From positions 496,001 through 560,000 of the forward strand of contig CP060767.1 in NCBI GenBank assembly GCA_023205875.1: a DNA stretch of 64,000 nt, in the 5' to 3' direction. Shown in pieces: positions 12,001-18,587 of this stretch. The notes beneath the pieces are model-generated. The model saw only the letters and a program-made list of their open reading frames with translations, was not told the origin of the DNA and did not search any database. Position 1 is the first letter of the stretch. Every line of letters begins with the position of its first letter. The DNA is from Chloropicon primus (lineage: Eukaryota). A program made the translations under genes and the position numbers.

Positions 12001-13176
12001 GGCGGGCCTCGCCTTGACAACTTGTTGCAATGTCTCGAGATCGTTGACGCTCGAGTTGATGTCCCACCGCTCCAACAGAACCCCACGGCCGCCCCAACCA
12101 ATGCAGTTGCCTTCGCAAAAGTACTCCTCCCCGAAACCCTTCTCGAACAAGGTCGACGAGCCGTTTCCGCCGCTTTGGACCAAGGCCGTTGTTTCACAGA
12201 CGATCCGGCCATCGTCCAAGGACGTAGACGCCGTTCCGGCCACAGAGTGCCGTGCAGGAGTAATCTCGCAGTCAAGGTCACCCCCTGTGTTCCTCACCTT
12301 GACCTTCTCCGCACTCTTCCCGAAACCTTTCCCGGTTATGGTCAACACTTGCCCGCCGTTCGCCGAGCCGCTCGCGTGAGACATCCCGGTAACAGAAGGA
12401 TAAACTGACAAAACAAACGGATGACCAGCACTGCTCATGGAGTACAGGCTGTCCGGTATCCAAGCCCTCGTCCCTTGCTTTGGCTCCAGGAACTCCAGCG
12501 TCACGTTGTAGTGCCCCGCTACTCGTGGAGCTCTCACCCGGAGCTCTAACCTGTTGCCGGACGGGCCACCAGACGCAGACGTCCACGCGCTCTCGAAATC
12601 TTCGTGCTCCAGGAGGTAGTCCCCAGCATGGATGATCGTGTTTTGACCATCATACTTGACGTTCTTCGTGTATCTGTCGAAGTGGAACCAAACCGTGTCC
12701 ACGGATATTGTGAAGTAGCCCCCGACTTCCACAGCATTTGGCCCAATCGATTTCACTCTCGGCGTCTCTTGCTTCTTGTACGCGAACGCTTCGCCATTCC
12801 CAAGGACCCGTTTTCCTTTCTGGTACAGCGTAACGCTAGCTTCCCTCTCGATGGGACTCGGAGGGCAAACGCATACGATTTTGTTCGAGCCCGAGTAAAA
12901 CTCTTTTATCTTACACTCCTCGGTACCCACAAAAGCTTGAGACTGTGATGCGTAAAGATCCGTCTCAAAGTTTACTCCCGCGATCGTCAACAGCGTCCCA
13001 CCTTCCAAGCTTCCTTTCGTCGGAGACACCGTACTTATCTTGGCCACCTTGCCTGCGGATGAGGATGCTGTGGAGGAGGAGGAGGATGCGTCCTCCACGG
13101 CTTCCGTCCCAAGGACCAGAAGGAGGAGAATCCACACGAGTGCAGCAGACATGAGTTTGGTCCTCGCGGTTCTCAT
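100..13176 (-). CDS. Fibrocystin-L/PKHD1L1-like giant type I membrane protein (~4358 aa; signal peptide, many IPT/TIG domains, two G8 domains, beta-helix repeats, TM, cytoplasmic tail)
   Basis: Uninterrupted ORF. The likely start MRTARTKLMSAALVWILLLLVLG (ATG at 13176) is followed by a signal peptide. TIG motifs 'VSPTKGSLEGGTLLTIAG' recur. G8 motifs are 'FWSQPTTWGGEDPPEEGDSVVVP' and 'EVFIPVGMKVVLD', with 'GRYCIHFH' also present. TM 'WLIYACVFTGLLFCGVGSLYVA' is near the C-terminus. The ORF extension to 13557 runs through microsatellites. Confidence 0.9.
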   Translation of the reverse strand: MRTARTKLMSAALVWILLLLVLGTEAVEDASSSSSTASSSAGKVAKISTVSPTKGSLEGGTLLTIAGVNFETDLYASQSQAFVGTEECKIKEFYSGSNKIVCVCPPSPIEREASVTLYQKGKRVLGNGEAFAYKKQETPRVKSIGPNAVEVGGYFTISVDTVWFHFDRYTKNVKYDGQNTIIHAGDYLLEHEDFESAWTSASGGPSGNRLELRVRAPRVAGHYNVTLEFLEPKQGTRAWIPDSLYSMSSAGHPFVLSVYPSVTGMSHASGSANGGQVLTITGKGFGKSAEKVKVRNTGGDLDCEITPARHSVAGTASTSLDDGRIVCETTALVQSGGNGSSTLFEKGFGEEYFCEGNCIGWGGRGVLLERWDINSSVNDLETLQQVVKARPADSTSVVQNAGFRTPEAYSGGLRLTSVFLPPETTNYFLQAKAYNYGERKSYKTLLSLGFPNATRWNVTSRYSNDWQHWNSLLGKRVESVYLEEGVPVMVQALSLPAHGRKMDMEVGGFVPTRVGPSIASAPAIQTIRVRSQAWGPIVSFKFEGFDLDLANSSAFVYPTGNIFAGATVKLNSTAAQVKTAMKKILDTKEDFSVKIQSTTVSVNVTTAAANATATNYTSVSVVSRNKLTLSWKLTFPTGSEMFRSSRDGVTWTVQTENSGGSLVVGENVTAGYVVSRNHSTPLGGTFDIAVDTTNGTWSGLAGVPFDASSNEIERRFAEIGIDARVASRWGNDETGFFWRTELPRIQSLWVPKPLSLNLTGIQGENIEGLSYVDIATTTDALETPLRSDILRLPKYGFQTTESSILEVEIDGVLAGCPGRNCTYTTHSTGIPDISSVDPQKVAPGEILKISGSGFGETLQENQVVVVSADAEECMLQSASATELRCRVGNLGTSGNKTLYVSVGNNGSSKRISVEFDYTLLSDFTPKSISGDGQTWITVTGQGFSADCSSNQVQVGSHDFACPVCSTTKLECLLGPLPGPYWDLTVAVDSVPSTFADKLSINENEYGISGFSPETLPASGGTLSVSGKFDATSISKVTLASSSEEHADVDCAVETSAEVSLTCSVLPGIMPGKYHVMLTTGGRTLQSSSKLGVELLVTSVSPAKGSLAGGTILTIAGQGFSAGSEVLLSVPVSTTHPNGLQACDVQSISAGAITCKTRSYCSANASPEDPAAKVCQYREPEKPSQVTVIQCPSLMKNAFGQKYSTSDDLGRLLCWASESTFHASCADCIFKYEENSTLLVQSVYPSAGSGGEQVYLSGLWPDAGATVVSLQGDSNGLGYSCGSVQAVNSSFLSCALPDMEAGLYTFDAAGDAGAALSQTKFMAYNKISLTANVREFSLAGGGLLEIHSSDALFNTRDVSKNVITVGGLPCNVSHVESKLIKCIVPDGSSLSASVADFKLFSQTLAATVEANINGVNATCSQEENCDITYSAARTPYISHRSFAFATTHHNLTIVGDFGLDGTETLSIQVGNFTYQGASWRAGQDFATFSVSKTLPAGHYDVKMGNQAGDYAAWSSTELKQVTILPRVTDVQPQRGSVHGGTILTVSGSGFPQCDSRSSCATPVRLLASSTDTRQVRCEVLESTGESIKCLLQPADFNLAADAELTLTELSFEPGQDKTLQGTATVAFDVFSYAVDSVTPTTAYKTTDVTVGCSNCGHLASSADARRILLRSARGDLISSSDFTFDSSNSRLTFKLEDFSSIVSGEYQVGITSNSSSGNSELGPDVLTVPLTVLGVNSTQGTRGGGQILRLTGEGFADFETFAEENLVKVGSRNCTQISADQTEIRCRIAPPSSAEEEQVDTPQNIRVKTPHMEDFVVSGMVYSFLDSLTPRIRSVDPVVGSTEGGTQVTIVGEGFNQMEGLPTISFGSTGSCTRVAMTVNATHDIVTCTTLPIAKRAGGPHQIFLDWHGLGYATGNFSFFQADFWSQPTTWGGEDPPEEGDSVVVPQNTTVLLDVSTPALNLVVIEGELVWAGSQEELELQAKYIFLHKGGKLTIGTEDEPYAGKAAITMHGDRNSQELPLYGAKMIAVREGYLDLHGEEKRPVWTKLTETANPGDTSIHVSGPVNWKVGDKIVVASSSLKPDEAEEAVIASLSEASGENSVVRIDITRPLNFTHLGVEANFDGEVIDMRAEVGCLSRNVMIRGDADFTSSQRYGPHIFVHDHRTGNCLSNNADECGVSESYLRMEHVEMENCGQSSRLGRYCIHFHMHGDAQRSYLKGNSVHHSFHRAVAVHGTHRLRLLENIAYNIEGHAYFLEDGIETENVFEGNIGIWARRSHSSLNTDTSPAVFWITNPMNYFRGNVAAGSDGYGFWFRLRDAPDGASVTTAPVCPKYSPLGEFDNNTAHSCDKYGLRIFEEWFPCPLVHACKKQWWRSDHTTGQLKNFVAYKNGMKGAIATSVGRVQFHGFKVADNGAGPNAHVVNGKDHGGGVEFTWNQDHRKGPETPLSEMAGLHDSLVVAKSSEGFVGTAGYWPSSRGIRGLITQSPKPITSTAILAVSNVTFYGFTDSDPQFFALEACGKCKDRQGAASTYFEKISMKGTGMSEKPAITSWTWAHQGVFVDTDGSLIGQECDNSGCTTVPGGSIVASNGLLRDSECRDFPAFQNVGGKVCRPEIRHTRVMVDEVRPHDERHYDMKVWQEGNGCPLNEFNSSICETRVPYQKWNNHGHSFHVISGRNYTLEIGSPYRTDYTRFRILGQDRMPAKESVILKTRYQQSQDHFKVNGAKVSSDVPLLEGNVHGSFFYDKGRVEYNPEHNATDTVLSVLVSDYRALRVEPSECPEVGCDVYEGGSRNGTFLFSEEVTWRNCSACFPNQEQLDAKMRSGIWFPKDMDEVFIPVGMKVVLDVSSPVLRTLHVRGEFTFSEALRTTTLSLNSYFVLVEGSLTVGTPDNAYVLDAAINLFGTRSDPFLPLADWSMGGKVLSSLNGGKISLHGKDFGRRWVKMDPAAKGTNTITLAEPVSWLAGQEILVTSASWNPWEREIYEIEGVQNGGRTLVLKGSLRFDHLGSSQNFGDKTLDTRAEVGLMSSNIRVGSADAADQYNGLVLDHPQYRSQAVSWQPNATAQYICHPSQNPAYCKFGCQIICNEALLQIQNVAVGHCGQAGLENGAVTFNAPEANSYIQKSSVVYSMEGAVKVRGNGKGVRITGNFIYESLDASAVVLENSGNHVQENLVAGVMKMDKSKHDFVWPAGVEDKVGGNAIASNVVAGSDRIGFYVVAGGCSSSSAAAFKDNVAHSCVVGVMLRASGTGCSLISRSQLHHNWDFGILGTVRGLPENIVVENNVISDTKYVGLRLLRKAGMTEEATATVSSNVFVSRSSEQECLKCSTGGDTGCHMQTSTQSYRIDSREPSYGMLSFTSSLSFSPGPEKKPWDKEMGYPVVQGIAYLNDNVFAHYDAGDGSNCGVERYAFGNDGSAADAFHPHLFRNTTWVGLGSTRKVKLTGPDPMWRNPSDCGVATFDCADPIIASSSAYCTDGNSVATIPLNCQGPKHVILTDLDGTFAQSGGPSFIMGHASSAGPRKVFDQGTITTNPTCKSFGVDAVECSVEASRNSQPPQMLVIESRDADTETRNFSPLILEQESSKMSDLLVNTMDHGWCFGYTCQKRLSTFWTNVETNDEYSLHFTGTPSKMLRLWLPYAAGDSQVILKINYLSAGRRFVWQKGSGRVMPLKSTEECIGRGGGFLSEEVKATCVPRLGDGTPHGSFFWHQSAGVLYVKLTGSGKSLEVRTEAVVQVSAKLDMNFADFYEERYIENMASLLDIDPSRIKIVSVIPGSVIIDMIILQDPKTLEESGLYDDIPENTIDESGFVDPEDSRAGDSLTDEDAGGDASPPPPPPPPPPQDSTTANSVLENMEALQKQVTQEISQKLEEAAASGMLQKSLEEAYPEATYMALATSTGAVDDEEEESQSGGTSNIIIGEKQEGTSILASDSKGIPDWLIYACVFTGLLFCGVGSLYVARIVKERRARTVQGPLQDKMTLKPKRIGTVRKQGFGKLFSFRNKDLFEQSAAHVDMGDVKLEMMKAENESQEDGLIRYDDLSSLRVDNPLVVVAVESSDMDLYDYTTNPLPGPSSSDEKPQQDQPPSPLPEVITKPVERERGELPDVVVTKKPAVRQTRDSKRFSQLVSLGTLGSGGPKASVATAFEDLEREKEKREREETERKWRRDQSLHAVEASVSRALEEVEKEERSSVVAVRNEDGKKELVDVDNPVFTRTNSEVADDEIRARTYRAHAHRAQQSVAALGKVNEDIGNPVFTRTNSEAAEEALMARANTAKALQISVDKAIAEVDIEDPPALPRTSSEVAKEALDSRSYSKIEDSVAKALAELSEEEDEEEDTKGKEGGDLPTKVFIRRDSFDEELSRYL

Positions 13177-13230
13177 GGCATTGCCTTGTCCGTGTGATCG
13201 TGATCGTGTCAATGAATATGAAACCTGCTC

Positions 13231-13270
13231 ACAGAGACAGAGACAGAGACAGAGACAGAGACAGAGACAG
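13231..13270. repeat. (GAGACA)n microsatellite in the divergent promoter/5'UTR; an (AACGAAGC)n octamer repeat lies nearby at ~13471-13516
   Basis: Directly visible. Confidence 0.9.
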
Positions 13271-13540
13271 ACCCTTCTGTCTCCGTCTTTCAAGCTGCCA
13301 AGCCGCGGGAAAGGAGAACATCGTCCTCGCTTCCCAGCTGGGAGTTTTAGGATCCAAGTTACTTTTCCAAGGAGGAAGGAGGAAGGGGAAGAAGGGTTTG
13401 TTTCAGTCCGTTCGAGTCCTCTCCGTGCTGCACGTGGACTGCCCTGAACCCTAGTTGGCCGGTGCCAGTGACGAAGCAACGAAGCAACGAAGCAACGAAG
13501 CAACGAAGCAACGAAGTGTGTGAACGACAAAAGGTGCGTG

Positions 13541-15553
13541 ATGGAGGAGAGAGGCAAACCAGTCCAGGAAAGGATTGTTGCTGGAGGGGAAAGTCGAAAG
13601 ACAAAGCGGCGGAAGAGGCTTTACAGGACAGATATAAGCTTTGAAGATCTCCAAGGGGTGTTCATGCACACTACCGATGTTGCCGCGGAGAAGTTAAACG
13701 TCTCTACGAAGACCTTGAGACGCAGGTGCAAAGACTTTGGGATCAAGCGCTGGCCGCCGACCAGCTTGGAAGTGGAGAGACAAGCTGAGGTGCAGATCGT
13801 CCAACAAGAATGCTTGGCTTCGACAGCATCAGCACGAGTTTCAACGAGAGCGACTCCGAATGAGGAGGAAGCCAAGGTAGGAGGAGGAGGAGGAGGGAGG
13901 GAGGTGCAAAAGTCGGCGCCTTTTTCATATCAAGAGGAATCGGAAGAGGATGACGATCTGGCAGAGGAATACTGCATCAAGGAGGTGGAGGAGATCCCAC
14001 CCAACTGCACAAGTGATTATCCACCGACCTCCAGCACCGATGATGGGAACAACCCTCCACCTCCTGGCATGAGAGTGAAGAACGTCATCCGGTGTCCAAG
14101 GAACATCTTGAAGATCGTGAGGGAGTACGAGAGAGAAGTGAAGGAGAATGCTTCGCGCCGTGAAGTGGAGAGACGGAAGGAGATGGCTGATATGAAGGAG
14201 TGGTGCTCTACTTTGAGGGAGGAGGACCTCTTCAAGAAGTTTCAAAATTTCAGGAAAAAGATTTTGCTGAGCCAAGACGATAAGTTGAAGAAGGCTAGTA
14301 ACATCATTAAGGTCCTCTGTGTCTCCCAGGAGCTGTACGCCAGGAAGTTCGAGGGCAGGGATTCGGAGAAGGAAAAGGACAGTGGTGAGAAGAAGACTGC
14401 ATCATCGGCATCATCACGGACGAGTCAAGAGGAAGCGTACGTCCAGGTCCTGTCGTTTCACCTCGGCCGGAGGAGGGCAAACCTATTGATGGATATGCAC
14501 AAGACTTTGAAACAGAACATGTACAACGACGCGACTATGATGGCATGCTGGCTTGCTGGCTTGGGCTGCGAGAAGTTTGATGCCAAGGGAAAGTTCTCAG
14601 AAGGGGTGGAGAAGCTGAAGAACCAGATCGAGAACGCGGACATCCACGCGATGGCGGTCTGGGGGCGAATGCTGAAGAGCCACAGCCTCGAGGCTCTGTC
14701 TCATTACTTTCAAAAGCCAGAGTACGACGTGAAGACTCCTCATGGGAAGAGGTATAAGGAGGTCTTGGCCCAGCTGCTGAGCGACGAGGACGAGAAGGCC
14801 AAGGCCAAGGAGGACCGAACGTCGCTGGAATTGGACATCGAGTGGGTGAGGCGGTGGGCCGAGTCGGTGATCGTTTACAGGGTGTTCAAGGCCAATTGCC
14901 TTATCTTGGTGACCACGATGGATTACAGGCGGTTCGAAATCAGTGAGCTGTACAAGCTCTTCAACGAGGCACTCGAGAAGCACAAGAAGTCACCCGACGG
15001 CACGGCGCTTTCGGCCTTGTCCGACTTGGAGATCAGGCAGCAAGTGAAGCTGGTGGCGGAAATGAAGCTGAGGCTCATGGCAGTGTTGGGAAAGTTCGCC
15101 GGGGAGAACCTGTTTTGGACCGGGTCTGGCATCTACGAGCATTATGTCGTGATTCTCACCATGAACCTGGGCCCGACGAGAGCCAAGTCTCTCCTGCGCA
15201 TCGCCCAAGTCGAGAGTTTCAACTGGTACGAGAGCACGGACAGCATGGCCTCTTTGTTGATCGGCTTGGGTTACTGGAGAAAATCCTGGACTTCCTTAGA
15301 TGTCGGCATAGTCAAGCTCTCCGAGGAGATGAAAAGTGGAGAATTCGATGCCATGGCGAACATCGGGCGGTTGCTCGAACAGAATGACTTGCCTTGGCCT
15401 CCTAACCTTTTCCTTAACAAGCTTGTCAAGAAGGAGGTCAAGGAAGCGTCGACCGCAAAGCCGATTTCTGAGGAAGGAGAAAACAAGGAGGAGGAGACCA
15501 AGGAGAAGGAGCGGGCAACTGTAAAACCTAAATCACTTTTCGCCAAACGGTAG
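13541..15553 (+). CDS. RWP-RK domain transcription factor with a duplicated C-terminal domain
   Basis: 'ISFEDLQGVFMHTTDVAAEKLNVSTKTLRRRCKDFGIKRWP' matches the RWP-RK consensus. First ATG at 13541. Confidence 0.85.
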   Translation: MEERGKPVQERIVAGGESRKTKRRKRLYRTDISFEDLQGVFMHTTDVAAEKLNVSTKTLRRRCKDFGIKRWPPTSLEVERQAEVQIVQQECLASTASARVSTRATPNEEEAKVGGGGGGREVQKSAPFSYQEESEEDDDLAEEYCIKEVEEIPPNCTSDYPPTSSTDDGNNPPPPGMRVKNVIRCPRNILKIVREYEREVKENASRREVERRKEMADMKEWCSTLREEDLFKKFQNFRKKILLSQDDKLKKASNIIKVLCVSQELYARKFEGRDSEKEKDSGEKKTASSASSRTSQEEAYVQVLSFHLGRRRANLLMDMHKTLKQNMYNDATMMACWLAGLGCEKFDAKGKFSEGVEKLKNQIENADIHAMAVWGRMLKSHSLEALSHYFQKPEYDVKTPHGKRYKEVLAQLLSDEDEKAKAKEDRTSLELDIEWVRRWAESVIVYRVFKANCLILVTTMDYRRFEISELYKLFNEALEKHKKSPDGTALSALSDLEIRQQVKLVAEMKLRLMAVLGKFAGENLFWTGSGIYEHYVVILTMNLGPTRAKSLLRIAQVESFNWYESTDSMASLLIGLGYWRKSWTSLDVGIVKLSEEMKSGEFDAMANIGRLLEQNDLPWPPNLFLNKLVKKEVKEASTAKPISEEGENKEEETKEKERATVKPKSLFAKR

Positions 15554-15580
15554 CGTGCCGTCAAAGGTGGCTTGTATATT

Positions 15581-15833
15581 GACCAAAACGACGGTAACTA
15601 TATTTTCTTTAGCCCCCGACACAGACTCAGTCGGTTTCCAGTGAGAGAGGGGGGGAAACCGACTCAATTTACCGACCATGAAACGACGGTAACTATATTT
15701 TCTTGTGGCCCCCGACACAAACTCAGTCGGTTTCCAGTGAGAAAGGGGGGGGAAACCGACTCAAGTTACCGACCATGAAACGACGGTAACTATATTTTCT
15801 TTAGCCCCCGACACAGACTCAGTCGGTTTCCAG
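15581..15833. repeat. Tandem repeat, ~2.6 copies of a 95-97 bp unit, each full unit with an 11-bp inverted repeat
   Basis: Units start AAACGACGGTAACTATATTTT at 15586, 15681 and 15778. Each has AGTCGGTTTCC...GGAAACCGACT; the third copy is truncated after the left arm. Confidence 0.95.
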
Positions 15834-15920
15834 AACAGAGAGAGAAAAAGGACGAAGGGGGACAACGTACCACCACGACGCTCGGTAGGGTATGGACAGC
15901 TTGCTTTGCCTTAGAGAAAG

Positions 15921-17405
15921 ATGTTGAGACACGCCCAAAGGGGCGGGAGGGCTTACCCCTATTCTTCAAGTCAGGATCACCACAAGTCCAAACGTCGACC
16001 TCGCTTTAGCCCCAAGGCAAAAGTTATTGCTCTTCTGGGCTTGTTCTGCCTCATAGCAACGCGTGGGGTCCTCAGCGGCAGGGGTGGCTCTCCCGTTGAG
16101 GACAAGCAGCCGAAGGATCCGAATATAGTCCCTATAACGAGGGTCCCTGCTCGTTCGATCAGCAGTGTCAAGGAGTTTTTCGACAGGTATGGAGACCAAG
16201 TCGTCATCGTTGAGGGGGAAGTGCGTCACCACAAGGCCTTTGAGTTAGGCTGGCAGGGGCTGAAAGACCTGTGCGGAGGAGGCACCCTGGAAACGGCCAA
16301 ATACAGCAAGGACTCGAACGAGTGGGCAGGGCTAACGGACAGGAATGCCATGCTTCTCAAGGACTACGTTGACAACTACATTCTGAACAGAAAGGAGGGC
16401 CACGAAATGAGATATGCTGCTGGTAATCTCGGGACTGGAAGTGTATGTCCACAACTCGATTCGCACGTGCTCGTTCCAAGGTATGTGTCTGGGGCCTTGT
16501 ACGGTGCCGATGAATACAGTCATGGACCCGGGGGAGAGATCCAGCGTCCAGTTTTGGCTCAACCTGAGGTTTTCATCGGGCCAAAGGACTCCTTGACCGA
16601 GATGCACATGGACAACTTCTTGTCTCCTTTCTGGATGACTGTATATATCGGGAAGAAAATCTTCAGGGCCGTATCGTATGAAGATTCGAGCATACACATG
16701 CCTTACTTTCGAAAGGATATAAGGTTTCAGAAGACCGTCAAGAACGAGAACAACGTGACTGAGGTGAAGCAGCTTGAGATATGGAACCCTGACTTAGAGA
16801 CCTTTCCAGAGCTTGGAAAAGTGAAGCTCCTCGAAGGCCCAGTCAATGCAGGTGACTGGATTTACCTGCCGCCGGCCACCTTGCACGGGGTCTACAACTC
16901 TGAATCTTCTTGGGCCGTGAGTCAAAACTCCTTGTATCCCGCGGTACGGGACAGATTCATAGACGTCTGCGTGACGGAAGACGTCGCGAATTGCGTTGCC
17001 TGGATGAAAGAGGTAACTAGGAACCAAACGTTAGGAGAGTGCATTGCTGGCGAGGAGGAGATGTTGGCAAAGCGTGCACCGTTTGTTCCTAGAAAAAAAC
17101 GAAAGGAAATGTTGCAGAAGTGCTGGGATGAGAGTCCAATCGGGCAGGAAATACAGAAAGAGTTTGACGAGGGAAAAAATAGAGACAAGCCTATGCATGA
17201 AGCTACAGGTTTCAAAGATTTTGAGTCGTGGTGCAAAGCAACTTGTAGGGTGAACCGAGCGTTTGACGCAAATAGAATGAAGCTTTATAATGAAGCAAGT
17301 GAGGACGAAAAGGATGTATTTCCAGAACTTGAGTACTTAGGTTACACAGAGGACGACCTCAAGTACAGGGCAGACTTCATCTGTAACTCCTGCAGTAGTG
17401 TTTAA
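15921..17405 (+). CDS. JmjC (cupin-like 2OG/Fe(II) oxygenase) protein with an N-terminal membrane anchor
   Basis: HxD motif 'FIGPKDSLTEMHMD', 'GKKIF', and distal His 'AGDWIYLPPATLHGVYN'. Hydrophobic 'VIALLGLFCLIA' follows a basic N-terminus. Confidence 0.85.
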   Translation: MLRHAQRGGRAYPYSSSQDHHKSKRRPRFSPKAKVIALLGLFCLIATRGVLSGRGGSPVEDKQPKDPNIVPITRVPARSISSVKEFFDRYGDQVVIVEGEVRHHKAFELGWQGLKDLCGGGTLETAKYSKDSNEWAGLTDRNAMLLKDYVDNYILNRKEGHEMRYAAGNLGTGSVCPQLDSHVLVPRYVSGALYGADEYSHGPGGEIQRPVLAQPEVFIGPKDSLTEMHMDNFLSPFWMTVYIGKKIFRAVSYEDSSIHMPYFRKDIRFQKTVKNENNVTEVKQLEIWNPDLETFPELGKVKLLEGPVNAGDWIYLPPATLHGVYNSESSWAVSQNSLYPAVRDRFIDVCVTEDVANCVAWMKEVTRNQTLGECIAGEEEMLAKRAPFVPRKKRKEMLQKCWDESPIGQEIQKEFDEGKNRDKPMHEATGFKDFESWCKATCRVNRAFDANRMKLYNEASEDEKDVFPELEYLGYTEDDLKYRADFICNSCSSV

Positions 17406-17592
17406 ACCAAAACAAACGTTGCAATAGTAGTACCGCTTTCTGGATCCTGCCTGCCACGAGATGCGATGCGAAGAAGAGATCAGGGTTCGCTTGGGTGACT
17501 GGGGATTGAGACGAGTGTTGAAGAAGAGGAAGAAGAAGCCTTCAAGTGGTGGTGGTTTGACTTTATATTATAAATGGCACGAAAGCTGATCA

Positions 17593-17610
17593 TTAGGTTT
17601 TAGGTTTTAG
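17593..17610 (+). repeat. Telomere-like repeat (TTAGG TTTTAGG TTTTAG)
   Basis: ttaggttttaggttttag visible upstream of the Fanzor remnant. Confidence 0.55.
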
Positions 17611-17869
17611 ATAGCCGATGGCGGAAGCCAAGAGGGGTTGAAATTCCAGCGTGAGCACCACTGGTAGACGAGTCTGCTCCTTCCCCGATATCATCTGGTG
17701 ACAACGTCGTCTGGTAGGAAGGAAGGAGGGAGCAAAACATATGAAGGGGAGAGCAGCCTGGAAGAGGTCACAGTCTTCGTCTTCAAATGTCCTGCGTGTC
17801 ATTGTGGGCACATGTGTGCTCCTCCTGCAGCAGGAGTCCTGCTCGTCACAGTATCGCCAATGAGGAATA

Positions 17870-18540
17870 AACACATCCATGTGCTTAGGCTGAAGATGAG
17901 CGAGAATGTGGGCCGAGACTTACGATCGAAAAGAGGCGCAGCTGATCGAAATTCAGAACTCGCAGAGACCCTGGACGAAGTCGCAGGCAGTTGAGGAGAA
18001 GAAGCTTGCCAGAGAGATTGCTGGGCGCGACCCTCGCTTGGAGGCGCGCAAAACCTTTGGATATGAAGTGGGCAACTTTGTGCAGGAGCATGAATGGCTG
18101 CCGCAAGCCCCGCAGCCCATCAGAGATAATGCCATGCGAAGCGTGATCAAGGCCATTGATTCGAACACTGTCAAGCAGGAGGCCATGAAGGAGCGCGGCG
18201 AGAAGAAGAAACGCAAATTCAACCTGAGGTACCGCAGCCGGAAGCTGCCGAGCTCGTGAACCATCGAGATCAATGGACGTTATATCGGAAGCGTGAAGAC
18301 CATCGATCGCCCCCGCACTCGTTACAAGGACGACAACAAACACGGCAACCGCCGCAGGTGGACGTAAGTAGAACTCTTCAAAAAGAGGGTGGGTGGAAAG
18401 CCGGTACTGTTGACGGAGGCAATCCCAGGCGGAGCAATCAATATGGATGTGAAGATCACGCGTGACCGTCTCGGGCACTTCCACATGCACATCCCAATCG
18501 CGACGCCTTGGACCCCGGGGTGCGGGCTTTTCAGACGACT
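17870..18540 (+). pseudogene. Degenerate Fanzor/TnpB (IS607/Fanzor2-like) RNA-guided nuclease remnant, truncated just after RuvC-I
   Basis: 'HEWLPQAPQPIRDNAMRSVIKAIDSN...KFNLRYRSRK' (17906-18259) is followed by a TGA and more stops/frameshifts. Then comes 'INMDVKITRDRLGHFHMHIPI' and, in a shifted frame, the RuvC-I motif 'ALDPGVRAFQT' (18505-18537). The 5' boundary is approximate. Confidence 0.8.
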
Positions 18541-18558
18541 CGCCGGATAACGCTTCTT

Positions 18559-18587
18559 GGTTTAGGGTTTAGGGTTTAGGGTTTTAG
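18559..18587 (+). repeat. Interstitial telomeric repeat (TTTAGGG)x3 plus a partial copy
   Basis: ggtttagggtttagggtttagggttttag, ~20 bp after the RuvC-I motif. Confidence 0.85.

Noticed and set aside
13177..13557. N-terminal 127-aa extension of the 4485-aa ORF
   Set aside because: It starts at a non-ATG codon, translates microsatellites (CLCLCL, RCFVASLL) and overlaps the RWP-RK start. The signal peptide begins after Met at 13176.
15581..15833. Palindromic repeat as a mini-CRISPR or a Fanzor omegaRNA array
   Set aside because: Whole units are duplicated with no variable spacers, there are no cas genes, and I see no sequence link to the Fanzor remnant 2 kb away.
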